This document shows positions 8,932-18,136 of a stretch of 64,000 nt of DNA, piece by piece (within the stretch, counting starts at the first letter, position 1; each line of letters begins with the position of its first letter). This DNA comes from Thermoplasmata archaeon (GTDB taxonomy: Archaea > Thermoplasmatota > DTKX01 > VGTL01): NCBI GenBank assembly GCA_038851035.1, contig JAWCLH010000006.1, positions 25,769 through 89,768 on the forward strand, written 5' to 3'. A program made the position numbers and the translations under genes. Under the pieces are notes generated by a model. It made no database searches. It had not been told where the DNA came from and saw only the letters and a list, made by a program, of their open reading frames with translations.

Positions 8932-10983
8932 ATGGGTATAACGGACTCGAGCACAGGTGAGGAGAGGAGCTACTCCATCGACGAGCTGAAGAAAATCGCG
9001 CACAGGATGAGGCAGGACATAATCCTCTGCACGACCTCTGCCGGCTCCGGGCACCCCGGAGGCTCACTCTCGGCCGCGGACTTCCTCACAGCGCTCTACT
9101 TCAGGGTCGCTCGCCACGACCCATCGAACCCAAGGTGGCCCGGTCGGGACAGGATATTCTTCTCCAAAGCCCACATCACGCCAGCAATTTACTCGATAAT
9201 GGCCCTCTCGGGCTACTTTCCCGAGGAGAAGCTCGTCACATTCAGGAGACTCGGCTCCCCTCTCCAGGGCCATCCAAACTGGCTCGAGCTCCCGGGCATC
9301 GAGATGTCGGGGGGCAGCCTGGGGCAGGGATTCAGCATTGCTGTCGGCTGCGCCCTGAATGCCAAGATATACGGCGAGGGCTACAGGGTCTATGTGGTCA
9401 TGGGCGACGGTGAGCAGCAGGAGGGTTCGATATGGGAAGCAGCGGAGGCGGGCGCCCACTACTGCCTAGACAATCTGACAGCGATAGTGGACAAGAACGG
9501 ACTCCAGATAGATGGAAGGGTTTGCGACGTAATGAATATCGACCCCCTCGCCGACCGCTATAGGGCCTTCGGCTGGAATGTCATCGAGGCCGACGGGCAC
9601 GACATGGAGGCCGTCGTGAAGGCACTGGAGCGGGCCCGCGAGACGAAGGGCAAGCCGACCTGCGTGATTTTCACGACGGTGAAGGGCAAGGGCGTAAGCT
9701 TCATGGAGAACAGGCCTGAGTGGCACGGGAAGGCCCCGAAGCTCGAGGAGGGTTTGAAGGCGCTCAAAGAGCTCGGCGCGGACCCGGCCTGGGTTGATAG
9801 GATGCTCAGGCTCGGGAACGAGGAGGCTGACAGGATAGCCGCGCAGTACGGGAGCAAGATTCCGAGGGAGAAGAGGCCGTACTGGTGGAACTCCCAGGAA
9901 ATCATGAAGGTGGAGATGAGGCCAACGAGAATGGGCTTCGGGGACGCGCTGGAGAAGGTGGGGGAGGACCCTAGGGTCGTGGCTTTCGGAGCCGACATAT
10001 CTGACTCGATTTGTATCAGCCAGTTCTACAAGCCTCGCCATCCGGAAAGGAAGAATAGGTGGGTCAGCGTAGGAATCGCAGAGCAGAACATGACCACCAT
10101 GGCGGCGGGGATGGCGAAGGAGGGAAAAATACCCGTGATCGGCTCCTACGGCGTCTTTGCGACGGGGCGCAACTGGGACCAGCTTAGGACCACCGTCTGC
10201 TACGGCAATCTTAACGTGAAGATTGCGGTCGCGCACGGCGGTGTTTCTGTGGGACCCGACGGAGCCACGCACCAGTCGCTCGAGGACATAACCATCACAT
10301 CCATTCTGCCCAACATGCACGTTACCGTTCCCGCGGACTCCATCGAGACGGCGAAGGCGACAGAGCATATAATCCTCAAGGTCAAAGGCCCCTGCTGCGT
10401 GAGGTTTGCGAGGGAGGCGACACCAATAGTTACCAAGCCGGAGACGCCCTTTGTCTTCGGGACCGCAAACGTGATTCGGTTCAGAAAGGAAGCGGAGAAG
10501 TTCGTTGATGCCTTTGAGACAATCCCGGCGGACAGATATGCCAGCGAGAATGAGGACGCAACGATCATAGCCTGCGGACCGGAGGTCCCTGAGGCGATGC
10601 GCGCCGCTTACATTCTCAAAAAGGAGAAGGGTCTGGAGGTCAGGGTCCTGAACGTCCACACGATTAAGCCGCTCGACACCGCGGCGATATGCAGGGCCGC
10701 GGCCGAGACCGGCCTCCTGGTCACGGCCGAGGAGCACCAGAGGGGCGGCTTCGGGAACATCGTCGCGGGCGCGCTAGCGACTTCCGACACATTGTATCGC
10801 CGCTCCTATTTTATGAGAATGATCGGTGTCCCGGACGTATTCGGTGAATCGGGCCAGCCCTGGGAGCTGATCTGGAAGTACGGTCTGGCCGCGGAGCACA
10901 TAGCGGAGAAGGTCCTAGAGCTGGTGGAACTCAGGAAGAGGGCCGAGAAAGAATCATCGGCTTGGAGCTCGGTCGTCTGCTGA
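8932..10983 (+). CDS. tkt: Transketolase, with the N- and C-terminal halves fused in one polypeptide
   Basis: The N-terminal ThDP-binding half contains SGHPGGSLSAADFL, GSLGQGFS and VMGDGEQQEGS. The C-terminal pyrimidine-binding/transketolase-C half contains GIAEQNMTTMAAGMA, HGGVSVGPDGATHQS and ACGPEV....VLNVHTIKPLD. Confidence 0.93.
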   Translation: MGITDSSTGEERSYSIDELKKIAHRMRQDIILCTTSAGSGHPGGSLSAADFLTALYFRVARHDPSNPRWPGRDRIFFSKAHITPAIYSIMALSGYFPEEKLVTFRRLGSPLQGHPNWLELPGIEMSGGSLGQGFSIAVGCALNAKIYGEGYRVYVVMGDGEQQEGSIWEAAEAGAHYCLDNLTAIVDKNGLQIDGRVCDVMNIDPLADRYRAFGWNVIEADGHDMEAVVKALERARETKGKPTCVIFTTVKGKGVSFMENRPEWHGKAPKLEEGLKALKELGADPAWVDRMLRLGNEEADRIAAQYGSKIPREKRPYWWNSQEIMKVEMRPTRMGFGDALEKVGEDPRVVAFGADISDSICISQFYKPRHPERKNRWVSVGIAEQNMTTMAAGMAKEGKIPVIGSYGVFATGRNWDQLRTTVCYGNLNVKIAVAHGGVSVGPDGATHQSLEDITITSILPNMHVTVPADSIETAKATEHIILKVKGPCCVRFAREATPIVTKPETPFVFGTANVIRFRKEAEKFVDAFETIPADRYASENEDATIIACGPEVPEAMRAAYILKKEKGLEVRVLNVHTIKPLDTAAICRAAAETGLLVTAEEHQRGGFGNIVAGALATSDTLYRRSYFMRMIGVPDVFGESGQPWELIWKYGLAAEHIAEKVLELVELRKRAEKESSAWSSVVC

Positions 10984-11043
10984 GGCCCGAATTCCAACTA
11001 TATACCAGATTTATATCCCTCCACAAACGTATACACCTGCGAC

Positions 11044-12735
11044 TTGGAGGAGAAGGGATTGGCGCTGCCGGATGCGAAGAGCGTGGAGCTCTATCTCAAG
11101 AGCTACATAGAGAGCTACATGGAGGGAGCCAGCTCCCGGAAGGTGGAGGAGGCAGCGGTACCCCCCTTCGTAAAAGGCTATCCTTTCCACGTCAGAGCCT
11201 CGATTCTGCCAAACGGTTCCGTGGTTGCTCTTTTCTATTTCAACTCGAGGGAGATCAGAATCGAGGTCGGGAAGGAGAGCTTTGAGGCCGTCAGGGCCAG
11301 ACTCCAGAAGCGGGAGCACTCCCACATGCTCGGCCTTCCGCCTCTCAAGGCCTTCACGGAAGAGGATGGCCGGCGGGACGCGGAAATCGCCCTCTCGAGC
11401 GACCTCCGCCTGGGTGCCTACAGAGCCGGCCTAGAGACGGTCCGGAGCAGCCTGGAGAGCGTGGTCAGCGAGATTCGAGACATCGCCCGGACGAATCCAT
11501 GGCTGGAGAGGCAGCTGCTGGGCGTTGTGGACAAGTTAAGCACGACCAGGGAGCCCCTGGAGAAGCTCAGGGAAGAGCTGAGGAGGATGGAGGAGGAAGA
11601 GAGGTACTCGGACCACGAGTTCCTCCTCACAGAGCTCCAGAAGTACAGGACGACCGGCGAGGCTCCAATGGCCGAGGTGACAGAAAAGACATTAGAGAAG
11701 TACCTGACGGCCTACATAGCTGCCTACCGGGACACGATAAAGCCCGACTACCCCGAGGCAGCCCGTCCAGCATTTTATAGGGGACACCCACACCATGTCC
11801 GGGCTTTCATTTTGCCCAACGGCGCGGTTGCGGTCACGTTCAAGTACAACTCCCCGCAGCCAAAAATCGAGGTGAGCAGGGCCTCCCCCGACCTCGTCGC
11901 GGACCTCCTCAAGAGCAGGGAGCACCACAACTTCATAGGCCTCCCCCCGCTGAGGAGCTACAGGAAGGAAGACGCAACCTACGACGCAAAGCTGGCGGTC
12001 AAGAGGGACATGAAGATCGCCCTCCTCAGGGCATTACTCGAGGCCACCAGAGCTCAGACAGGGGAGGAGGAGAAAAACCTCCTGGAGATTTCAAAGACCA
12101 ACCCTTGGCTCGAGAAGCAGCTCACCCAGACCGCGGCGAGGCTCTCGGGCGTGAAGGAGCTCCTGGCGACCTTAGCCGACGAGCTCGAGAAGAGCGAGAG
12201 CGGGAGGAGGTACGGGGAGCACGAGCAACTGCTCGATGTTCTGCGCAGATACCGCTCCCCGGAGGAGCTCGCCGCCGTCGCGGAGGAAGCGGCGGGGGAG
12301 ACCCCCCAACCCGCCGGAATTCCAATATACGACCCGACGGCAGGTGCGGGTGCGGTGCCAATATACCGGCCCGGCGGCGCGACGGAGCGCCCGAGCGAGG
12401 CGGGGGTGGGTGCCCCCACACAGGTCCGGTACGAGATGGCCCCAGAGGACAGGCAAGCTCTTGACATGATAAAGGCGACCCTTTACAACATCGACGTGAA
12501 GCTAGACGACTTCGAGAGGCGACTCAACTACATGGATAAGTATATCGAGGGTGTGCAGAAGCAGCAGCTGGAAAAGTTCAATGCCCAGGAGGAGATTCTG
12601 AGGTACGAGGCCCGAAGGGCAAAGTACGCGGGCATCGGAATCTCCGCCACGGCGCTCGTGCTTCTCCTGATATTCCTTCTGGATTCATGGTTGAGAATTC
12701 TTGACCCACTTCGGAGGCTGATTTTCGGGGGCTGA
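11044..12735 (+). CDS. Hypothetical tail-anchored coiled-coil protein built from two tandem ~190-aa repeats (no P-loop)
   Basis: Repeat 1 covers aa ~13-203 and repeat 2 covers aa ~216-405. They share HVRA[SF]ILPNG, [LI]GLPPL[KR], TNPWLE[RK]QL, RY[SG].HE and YR[TS] blocks. The C-terminal part has heptad-like sequence (DMIKATLYNIDVKLDDFERRLNYMDKYIEGVQKQQLEKF) and then one TM (IGISATALVLLLIFLLDSWL). The track start is TTG at 11044, and GTG at 11083 is an alternative. TATA-like boxes lie at about 10995-11016. Confidence 0.75.
   Translation: MEEKGLALPDAKSVELYLKSYIESYMEGASSRKVEEAAVPPFVKGYPFHVRASILPNGSVVALFYFNSREIRIEVGKESFEAVRARLQKREHSHMLGLPPLKAFTEEDGRRDAEIALSSDLRLGAYRAGLETVRSSLESVVSEIRDIARTNPWLERQLLGVVDKLSTTREPLEKLREELRRMEEEERYSDHEFLLTELQKYRTTGEAPMAEVTEKTLEKYLTAYIAAYRDTIKPDYPEAARPAFYRGHPHHVRAFILPNGAVAVTFKYNSPQPKIEVSRASPDLVADLLKSREHHNFIGLPPLRSYRKEDATYDAKLAVKRDMKIALLRALLEATRAQTGEEEKNLLEISKTNPWLEKQLTQTAARLSGVKELLATLADELEKSESGRRYGEHEQLLDVLRRYRSPEELAAVAEEAAGETPQPAGIPIYDPTAGAGAVPIYRPGGATERPSEAGVGAPTQVRYEMAPEDRQALDMIKATLYNIDVKLDDFERRLNYMDKYIEGVQKQQLEKFNAQEEILRYEARRAKYAGIGISATALVLLLIFLLDSWLRILDPLRRLIFGG
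11080..12258 (+). repeat. Protein-level tandem duplication inside 11044..12735 (repeat 1 ~11080..11652, repeat 2 ~11689..12258)
   Basis: I aligned the two halves by eye and the conserved blocks occur in the same order with similar spacing. The DNA has diverged, so this is an old duplication and not an assembly artefact. Confidence 0.7.
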
Positions 12736-12749
12736 AATCCACCTGCGAA

Positions 12750-12762
12750 CATTATATAATCC
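12750..12762 (+). promoter_or_regulatory. TATA-box-like element upstream of the FlaJ-like gene
   Basis: The element cattatataatcc lies about 35-40 nt upstream of the GTG at 12794. Confidence 0.45.
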
Positions 12763-12793
12763 TCCAGCCCTATTCGATGGCGCAGGTGACCCG

Positions 12794-14662
12794 GTGGGCA
12801 AGCTCGAGACGGCCTATAAGGAGGAGCTCAGAATCCCGGCGAGGACTTGGTTCGCCTACACTTTCATCCTGACCCTTGTTGCCATTCTCTTTGAGGCGGC
12901 CGCGGTGCTCGCCTTCCCCTCGTTCTTCGAGTCGCCTCTCATCCTCGTCCCATTCCTCTCACTGGCCGTTCTGGTTTTTGCGGTGATGTTCTTCTACCCC
13001 TTGATGAGGTGGGAGAGGCGCGGGTCGGAGATAGACCGCGACATGCACCTCTTCATCACGCGTCTGGGCGTGCTCGCTGCCTCCGAGTCGGCCCGGAAGG
13101 AGATGTTCGACATTCTGTCGAAGATGAGGGAGTATCGCTCCCTGGCGGTCGAGATTAACAAAATATATGTTATGGTTGACAAGTGGAACGTGAGCCTGGA
13201 GCGCGCCTGCCGCTTCGTGGCCCAGACGACGCCCAGCGACCTGCTGGCGGACTTCCTAAACAGACTCGCGCACGCGGTTGAGGGGGGAGAGCCTGCAGAG
13301 CAATTCTTCCAAACGGAGCAGACCGTCGTGATGAACGCCTACGCCCTGAAGTACCAGGGTGCGATGACGATTGTCGAGTGGATGAAGGAGATATTCGTTT
13401 CCATCGTCGTGGCGACTCTCTTCGTTCTCGTGTTCGCTACACTAGCACCTTTTCTCATCCCGGGCGAGGACCCAAATCTCTGGCTAGCCGGCGCGATCGC
13501 GGTTTTTCTCGTGGTCGAGGTCATTTTCCTGCTCATTCTGAGCGTGGTCGTGCCCGGGGAGAACATCTGGCACAATATGCCTATCGTCACTCCGGTCCAC
13601 GTCATGATTCGCAAGAGCCTATACGCCTCATTTTTCCTAAGCATCGGATTCACAATCATCGTGCTCCTCATACCCCCTTCAAAGCCAAGTGGCCTCCTCT
13701 TATTCGTCTCGTGCATTACCTGCCTCGTCATGCTGACTGTCAGCGATTTCGCCTATCCCGAGAGGCACATCGTGATTGTTGAGGGTTTAGGGATAGCGGC
13801 CACACTGGCAATCGTCTTTTTCGTCATCGTCGCCCTCACAGGAACGGTCTATATCCCCCTCGCCATCGCATTCATCCTTTCTCCCTGGGTGGTCCCGGGG
13901 CACTATGTCAACATGGAGGAGGAGAAGATAAAGCGCCGGGACGAGAATTTCGCCGCATTCCTTCGCTCGCTCGGCGCCGCCGTGGCCGCCACCAGCAAGG
14001 ACATCACCGTGCCCCTTTCGAGGCTCCGGAGGCACGACTTCGGCCCCTTGACGAAGAACGTCGACGACCTCTACAAGAGGCTCTCCCTCAGAATCCTCAG
14101 GCACAAGGCCTGGGAGTACTACAGCGCCGAGACCCTCTCCGAGCTGATATCGAAATTCACGGAGATGTATATCGAGGGTGTCAGGCAGGGCGGAAACCCG
14201 AAGAAGGTGAGCCAGCTCATCAGCGACAACTTCCTGAAAATCGTGGGCCTGAGAAAAATGAGGTACGTCTCGGCCTCTACGCTGACGGGCCTTCTCTATG
14301 GCCTGAGCGCAGTCATATCGATGGTGCTTTACCTGACCCTCGTGATTCTCAGGAATTTCGACGAGCTCGCGGTGGGCATCACCGAGACCCTGAGCCGGGG
14401 TGGGACGATGGGCGGGCTCGATGTCAGGAGCCTGATGATTCTGAACGCGGGCGTCTTCAACTTCGACGCCCTCAGTCTCATCGCCATTCTGTTCGTAACG
14501 GCCCACGCGTCGGTCTCGGCCGTGATGACAAGAATCATCAGTGGCGGCCACAGGGCCGGCGCCCTCTGGCATCTGGTCTTCATTGTATGGCTCGCGGCTG
14601 TGGTGGGCGTGGCTGTGATCGAGAGCGCAAGATTCCTCCTGCCGGTAATACCCGGTATCTAA
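12794..14662 (+). CDS. FlaJ(ArlJ)/TadC-like type IV filament membrane platform protein (two T2SSF-like cytoplasmic domains)
   Basis: This is a 622-aa polytopic membrane protein. Two soluble segments resemble GspF/T2SSF domains. The first is RGSEIDRDMHLFITRLGVLAASESARKEMFDILSKMREYRSLAVEINKIYVMVDKWNVSLERACRFVAQTTPSDLLADFLNRLAHAVEGGEPAEQFF. The second is RRDENFAAFLRSLGAAVAATSKDITVPLSRLRRHDFGPLTKNVDDLYKRLSLRILRHKAWEYYSAETLSELISKFTEMYIEGVRQGGNPKKV. Each is followed by hydrophobic helices, as in archaeal FlaJ. Confidence 0.75.
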   Translation: MGKLETAYKEELRIPARTWFAYTFILTLVAILFEAAAVLAFPSFFESPLILVPFLSLAVLVFAVMFFYPLMRWERRGSEIDRDMHLFITRLGVLAASESARKEMFDILSKMREYRSLAVEINKIYVMVDKWNVSLERACRFVAQTTPSDLLADFLNRLAHAVEGGEPAEQFFQTEQTVVMNAYALKYQGAMTIVEWMKEIFVSIVVATLFVLVFATLAPFLIPGEDPNLWLAGAIAVFLVVEVIFLLILSVVVPGENIWHNMPIVTPVHVMIRKSLYASFFLSIGFTIIVLLIPPSKPSGLLLFVSCITCLVMLTVSDFAYPERHIVIVEGLGIAATLAIVFFVIVALTGTVYIPLAIAFILSPWVVPGHYVNMEEEKIKRRDENFAAFLRSLGAAVAATSKDITVPLSRLRRHDFGPLTKNVDDLYKRLSLRILRHKAWEYYSAETLSELISKFTEMYIEGVRQGGNPKKVSQLISDNFLKIVGLRKMRYVSASTLTGLLYGLSAVISMVLYLTLVILRNFDELAVGITETLSRGGTMGGLDVRSLMILNAGVFNFDALSLIAILFVTAHASVSAVMTRIISGGHRAGALWHLVFIVWLAAVVGVAVIESARFLLPVIPGI

Positions 14663-14684
14663 GGGCGAGGCAGCCGCGGATATC

Positions 14685-15581
14685 TCATCGGAAGGCACGA
14701 CGTTCCCTCGCCCCCTTGGCGCAGAGCTTAGCCACGTTCGCGTCCAGCGGGACGCCCGCGGCCCTCGCGACGGGAGCGCACTTTGACCTCATCAGATGGA
14801 TGATAGGCCCGTGCCCAGTTCCGGAGAAGGACTCGAAGTTCGCCATACCCTTGCTAATAATCAAATCCGCGCTCCGCAGGGCTCGCCTGAGCGCGCGCGG
14901 GGCTCTCTCAAAGTCAATCCCCACAGCGAAGCACCCGGTGTCGAGCACCTCGTCGGCCTCATTCCTGAGCCCGAGCTGTTCGACATCCTCGAGGGTTGCG
15001 TCGGTGAGAATCGGTTCCCCTTTGACGACTAGGGACACCCAACACCCCAGGGAGCGCAGCGAGCGGAGCACGAGTGTGTCCAGCACTATCTCGCCGCAAT
15101 TATCGGCGAAGTAGAGCACCCTAGCGCCCCTCCGCAGGTACCGGCGCGCTCTCGGGAGGTCATTGACCGCAAGCCCTTGGGCAATGATTTTTTTGAACAT
15201 CGGCAGGAGGTCCTCCGGCCCCTTCACATCAGAGCGGATGCCGAAGTCGAGGATGTTGCCGGCGATGGAGCACAGGGCGGAGGTTTCGAGGGTATCCGCG
15301 GATTGTGAGACCAAGCGCCGGGCGTGGGGGAGGAGACCCAGAACTATTTCGTTGCTCTTCCTCTTGACCTCCCGGTAGGGGTCCCTCGACCCCAGCACCC
15401 TGTAGACCTCCCTATGGACCTCGGTGGCCAGACGAGCGGATACCCTGTCTGGCCTGTACCTTGTCGAGAAGACCCGGCAGGCCGCCAGGATGGCGGCCGG
15501 CACCTTGGATGGGCTCACAAGCTCCGCTTCGTATATCACCCTGCGCATCAAGCAGGGGACGCACTCAGGCGCCACCCTCAC
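14685..15581 (-). CDS. DUF89/ARMT1-like damage-control phosphatase family protein
   Basis: It has the N-terminal ECVPCLMRR motif, the metal-site motifs YFADNCGEIVLD and ISKGMANFES, and the expected size (298 aa). The start is GTG. Confidence 0.8.
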   Translation of the reverse strand: MRVAPECVPCLMRRVIYEAELVSPSKVPAAILAACRVFSTRYRPDRVSARLATEVHREVYRVLGSRDPYREVKRKSNEIVLGLLPHARRLVSQSADTLETSALCSIAGNILDFGIRSDVKGPEDLLPMFKKIIAQGLAVNDLPRARRYLRRGARVLYFADNCGEIVLDTLVLRSLRSLGCWVSLVVKGEPILTDATLEDVEQLGLRNEADEVLDTGCFAVGIDFERAPRALRRALRSADLIISKGMANFESFSGTGHGPIIHLMRSKCAPVARAAGVPLDANVAKLCAKGARERRAFR

Positions 15582-15625
15582 GTGGCGGGGAATGGTTTAA
15601 GCCGTAGAAAATCGTTTAGGTAGGC

Positions 15626-17005
15626 GTGAGATTTAAAGCGGCGTTAGCATTGGTTCTCATCGTCGTGCTTCCCTTCCACCTGCCATGCGCGGGCGAGGCA
15701 CGCGCGCCATCGGTCAGCATCGAGTGGCCAGGCCAGAACGACGTTGTCGCGGGCGAGGTCAATGTCTCCGGCTCGGCCTCGCCCGGGACGGTGCTCGTGG
15801 AGCTAAGGGTCGATGGAGCCTCTTGGGCCCCCGCGAACGGGACAGAGGCCTGGGTGTTCGCCCTCGACACCACCACGCTCCCTGATGGCGCTCACACGAT
15901 TCAATGCAGGGCGTTCGACGGAGCAGGCTACTCCCCCACACTCTCCGTCGAGTTCACTGTGAACAACACCCCACCGCACGCGCTCGAGCTCACCCTCACA
16001 CTCTCCCCCGAGCATGTCAGCACTAACGACACCTTCACGGCCTCCGGCAGAGCCCGCCTCGACACGGGCGTCGCAGCTGGAGGAGAATATGTCGAGCTAA
16101 GCATCGGGGGAGCGATGTGCAGCACCAGAACGGACAGGAGGGGCTACTACTCTGCCACCATCCAGGCGCCCGGAGAGCCGGGGAGATATATGGTGAAGGC
16201 AAGAATGATTCTGGGGAACCTGAGCGCCAGCGCCCAAGACGAGCTCGAGGTTGCGATGCCCAACCCTCCAGACCTCTCCATCGTCCCCGCCGACATCTTC
16301 TTCTCCCCTCCACAGCCCTCCGCGGGGCGGGAGGTGTTGATCAGCGCTATAGTGCGGAACCTCGGCGCTGGGAGCGCAAGCGCCACGGTGGAGTTCAGCT
16401 CCCCGAGTCACGTGTCCGAGAGCGTAAGGATATCGGTCAAAGTTAGCTGGAACGCAACGGTGAGCTGGTCCCTTCCCGCCGGCACCCATGCCATCACCGT
16501 CCGTCTTCTCGACATCAGCCCCTGGGACGCGGACTCCACCAACAACGAAGCATCGACATCGCTCAGGGTATATGCCAGACCGGACCTAGTGGTCGAGGCA
16601 CTGGTCTTCTCGAACTCAAGACCCTACAATGGAACGGTGATATCCATTCAAGCGCGTGTGAGGAATATCGGAGAGAGGGAGGCCCGGGGCACGGTCAGCT
16701 TCTACGACGGCAACCCCCTCTCGGCCTCGCTGCTTGGACGCGTGGTCGTGACGGTGCCCGCCAATTCAACAAGAATTGCGGTGGTGCACTGGGAGGCCGC
16801 TCTGGGAGAGCACGAAGTGCACGCGCTCGTGCACGACGTTGACCCTGAGGAGGCGACAGAGTCAAATAACCACCTCAGTAGAGCGCTCGAGGTCTGGCCG
16901 AGGCCTTCCCCAGAGCCGGAGCAGCCGGCCCCCGGCCCCGGCCCGCTCCTCGCACTAGTTGCGCTGTTCATTGCTATTATCATCTCGCGTGGTAGAGCGG
17001 CGTAA
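15626..17005 (+). CDS. Secreted surface protein: Ig-like module, two CARDB-like modules, and a C-terminal anchor
   Basis: It has a signal peptide (MRFKAALALVLIVVLPFHLPCAGEA). The Ig-like module is VVAGEVNVSGSASPGTVLVELRVDGASWAPANGTEAWVFALDTTTLPDGAHTIQCRAFDGAGYS. CARDB signatures are present (VRNLGAGSASATV, VRNIGEREARGTV, TNNEAS, SNNHLS). The C-terminus is PGPGPLLALVALFIAIIISRGRAA. Confidence 0.8.
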   Translation: MRFKAALALVLIVVLPFHLPCAGEARAPSVSIEWPGQNDVVAGEVNVSGSASPGTVLVELRVDGASWAPANGTEAWVFALDTTTLPDGAHTIQCRAFDGAGYSPTLSVEFTVNNTPPHALELTLTLSPEHVSTNDTFTASGRARLDTGVAAGGEYVELSIGGAMCSTRTDRRGYYSATIQAPGEPGRYMVKARMILGNLSASAQDELEVAMPNPPDLSIVPADIFFSPPQPSAGREVLISAIVRNLGAGSASATVEFSSPSHVSESVRISVKVSWNATVSWSLPAGTHAITVRLLDISPWDADSTNNEASTSLRVYARPDLVVEALVFSNSRPYNGTVISIQARVRNIGEREARGTVSFYDGNPLSASLLGRVVVTVPANSTRIAVVHWEAALGEHEVHALVHDVDPEEATESNNHLSRALEVWPRPSPEPEQPAPGPGPLLALVALFIAIIISRGRAA

Positions 17006-17024
17006 TGGCCTCCCCACCGGAACC

Positions 17025-17031
17025 TTTTTTT
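17025..17031 (+). terminator. T7 run between 15626..17005 and the regulator gene (archaeal-type terminator candidate)
   Basis: The sequence aaccTTTTTTTcac lies 20 nt after the TAA stop at 17003-17005. Confidence 0.5.
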
Positions 17032-17057
17032 CACAACACGCCCTTGTTGCCGGAGAG

Positions 17058-18131
17058 ATGGAGCTTGGGGGCCTTTCCTGGAATGAGAGGTTGACTCTTT
17101 ACGGTCTGGTGCGCCATCCGGAGCTCAGTGACCGCCTTCTATCCAGAGTGCTGGGCCTTAAAAGCCCGACGCTCACGGCCGCGCGCCGCAAGCTGAGGAG
17201 CGAGGGTTGGTATAGGGTCGTGAGGGTCCCCATACTAGGTCGGCTGGGCGGGGAGCTGCTCTGCGTGGCGCGAGCTAGGTTAAACATTTGCAAACCCAGG
17301 GAGGCTTTGCTAAGGGCCATGAAGGGCCCCCTCGCGGAGATCGGGAGCGTTTTCTTTGCCATCGCCGACCGCCTGAACCTCATCTGCCTCTCGATGTGCA
17401 CCAATTTCACCCAAGCTTGGAGCGATTCGGAGAGGCTCCACTCTCTCCTGACTGAGAGAGGTGCCCTAGCCCCAGGCTCCGCAGGAAGGCCTGCAACGAT
17501 TCTGCCCCTCAGCCACATGAGCCTTGTCCGCTTCCTAGATTTCGCGTCCACAGCCCATTACTCGCTCGGAATTCAGGGCCCGCCGCCGGAGCCGGCGTCA
17601 CCCACCGACGCGGGGAAGGACGGGCCGGTCCACCTGAGCCGGGTTGAGAGGGCGGTCTACTGTGGTCTGGTCAAATTCCCGGAGCTATCGGACAGAGCCC
17701 TAGCGAAGAAAGTGGGCGTCGCCAGACAGTCCGTAAGCAGAATTCGGAGGAGGCTGGGGAAGGCAGGCCTGCTCCTAACGGTGGCGGTCCCGGACATCAG
17801 GAGGCTTGGACCGGAGATTCTCGCCTTGTGGGAATTAGAGTTCAGACCGGCCACATCCGTGGGCGAGCGGGCAAAGGCGATCGAGGGGGCATTGAGGGCC
17901 TTTCCGGCCTTTCTCCATCTCATCAGCGGAAGAGAGGGCGTGGTAATGGGGCTGGTTAAGGACTTCTCAGCCCTCCAGAGAATCTACACGGAATTCCTGA
18001 AAATCCACCTAGACAAGGGATATTTTACAGAGGAACCCCGCCTCACGCCGCTCTCTATCCGGGAGCTGAGCGTCGTTAAGGACTTTACTTTCGCCCCGAT
18101 TGTGGAGTGGGCGGTTGGAGCGGAGGACTGA
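17058..18131 (+). CDS. Tandem winged-helix (Lrp/AsnC- or MarR-like) transcriptional regulator with two HTH-plus-effector modules in one chain
   Basis: I prefer the internal ATG at 17058 (MELGGLSWNERL...). Two homologous modules are visible: LSWNERLTLYGLVRHPELSDRLLSRVLGLKSPTLTAARRKLRSEGWYRVVRVPILGRLGGELLCV and LSRVERAVYCGLVKFPELSDRALAKKVGVARQSVSRIRRRLGKAGLLLTVAVPDIRRLGPEILAL. Each is followed by about 90 aa. Confidence 0.65.
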   Translation: MELGGLSWNERLTLYGLVRHPELSDRLLSRVLGLKSPTLTAARRKLRSEGWYRVVRVPILGRLGGELLCVARARLNICKPREALLRAMKGPLAEIGSVFFAIADRLNLICLSMCTNFTQAWSDSERLHSLLTERGALAPGSAGRPATILPLSHMSLVRFLDFASTAHYSLGIQGPPPEPASPTDAGKDGPVHLSRVERAVYCGLVKFPELSDRALAKKVGVARQSVSRIRRRLGKAGLLLTVAVPDIRRLGPEILALWELEFRPATSVGERAKAIEGALRAFPAFLHLISGREGVVMGLVKDFSALQRIYTEFLKIHLDKGYFTEEPRLTPLSIRELSVVKDFTFAPIVEWAVGAED

Positions 18132-18136
18132 TATGG

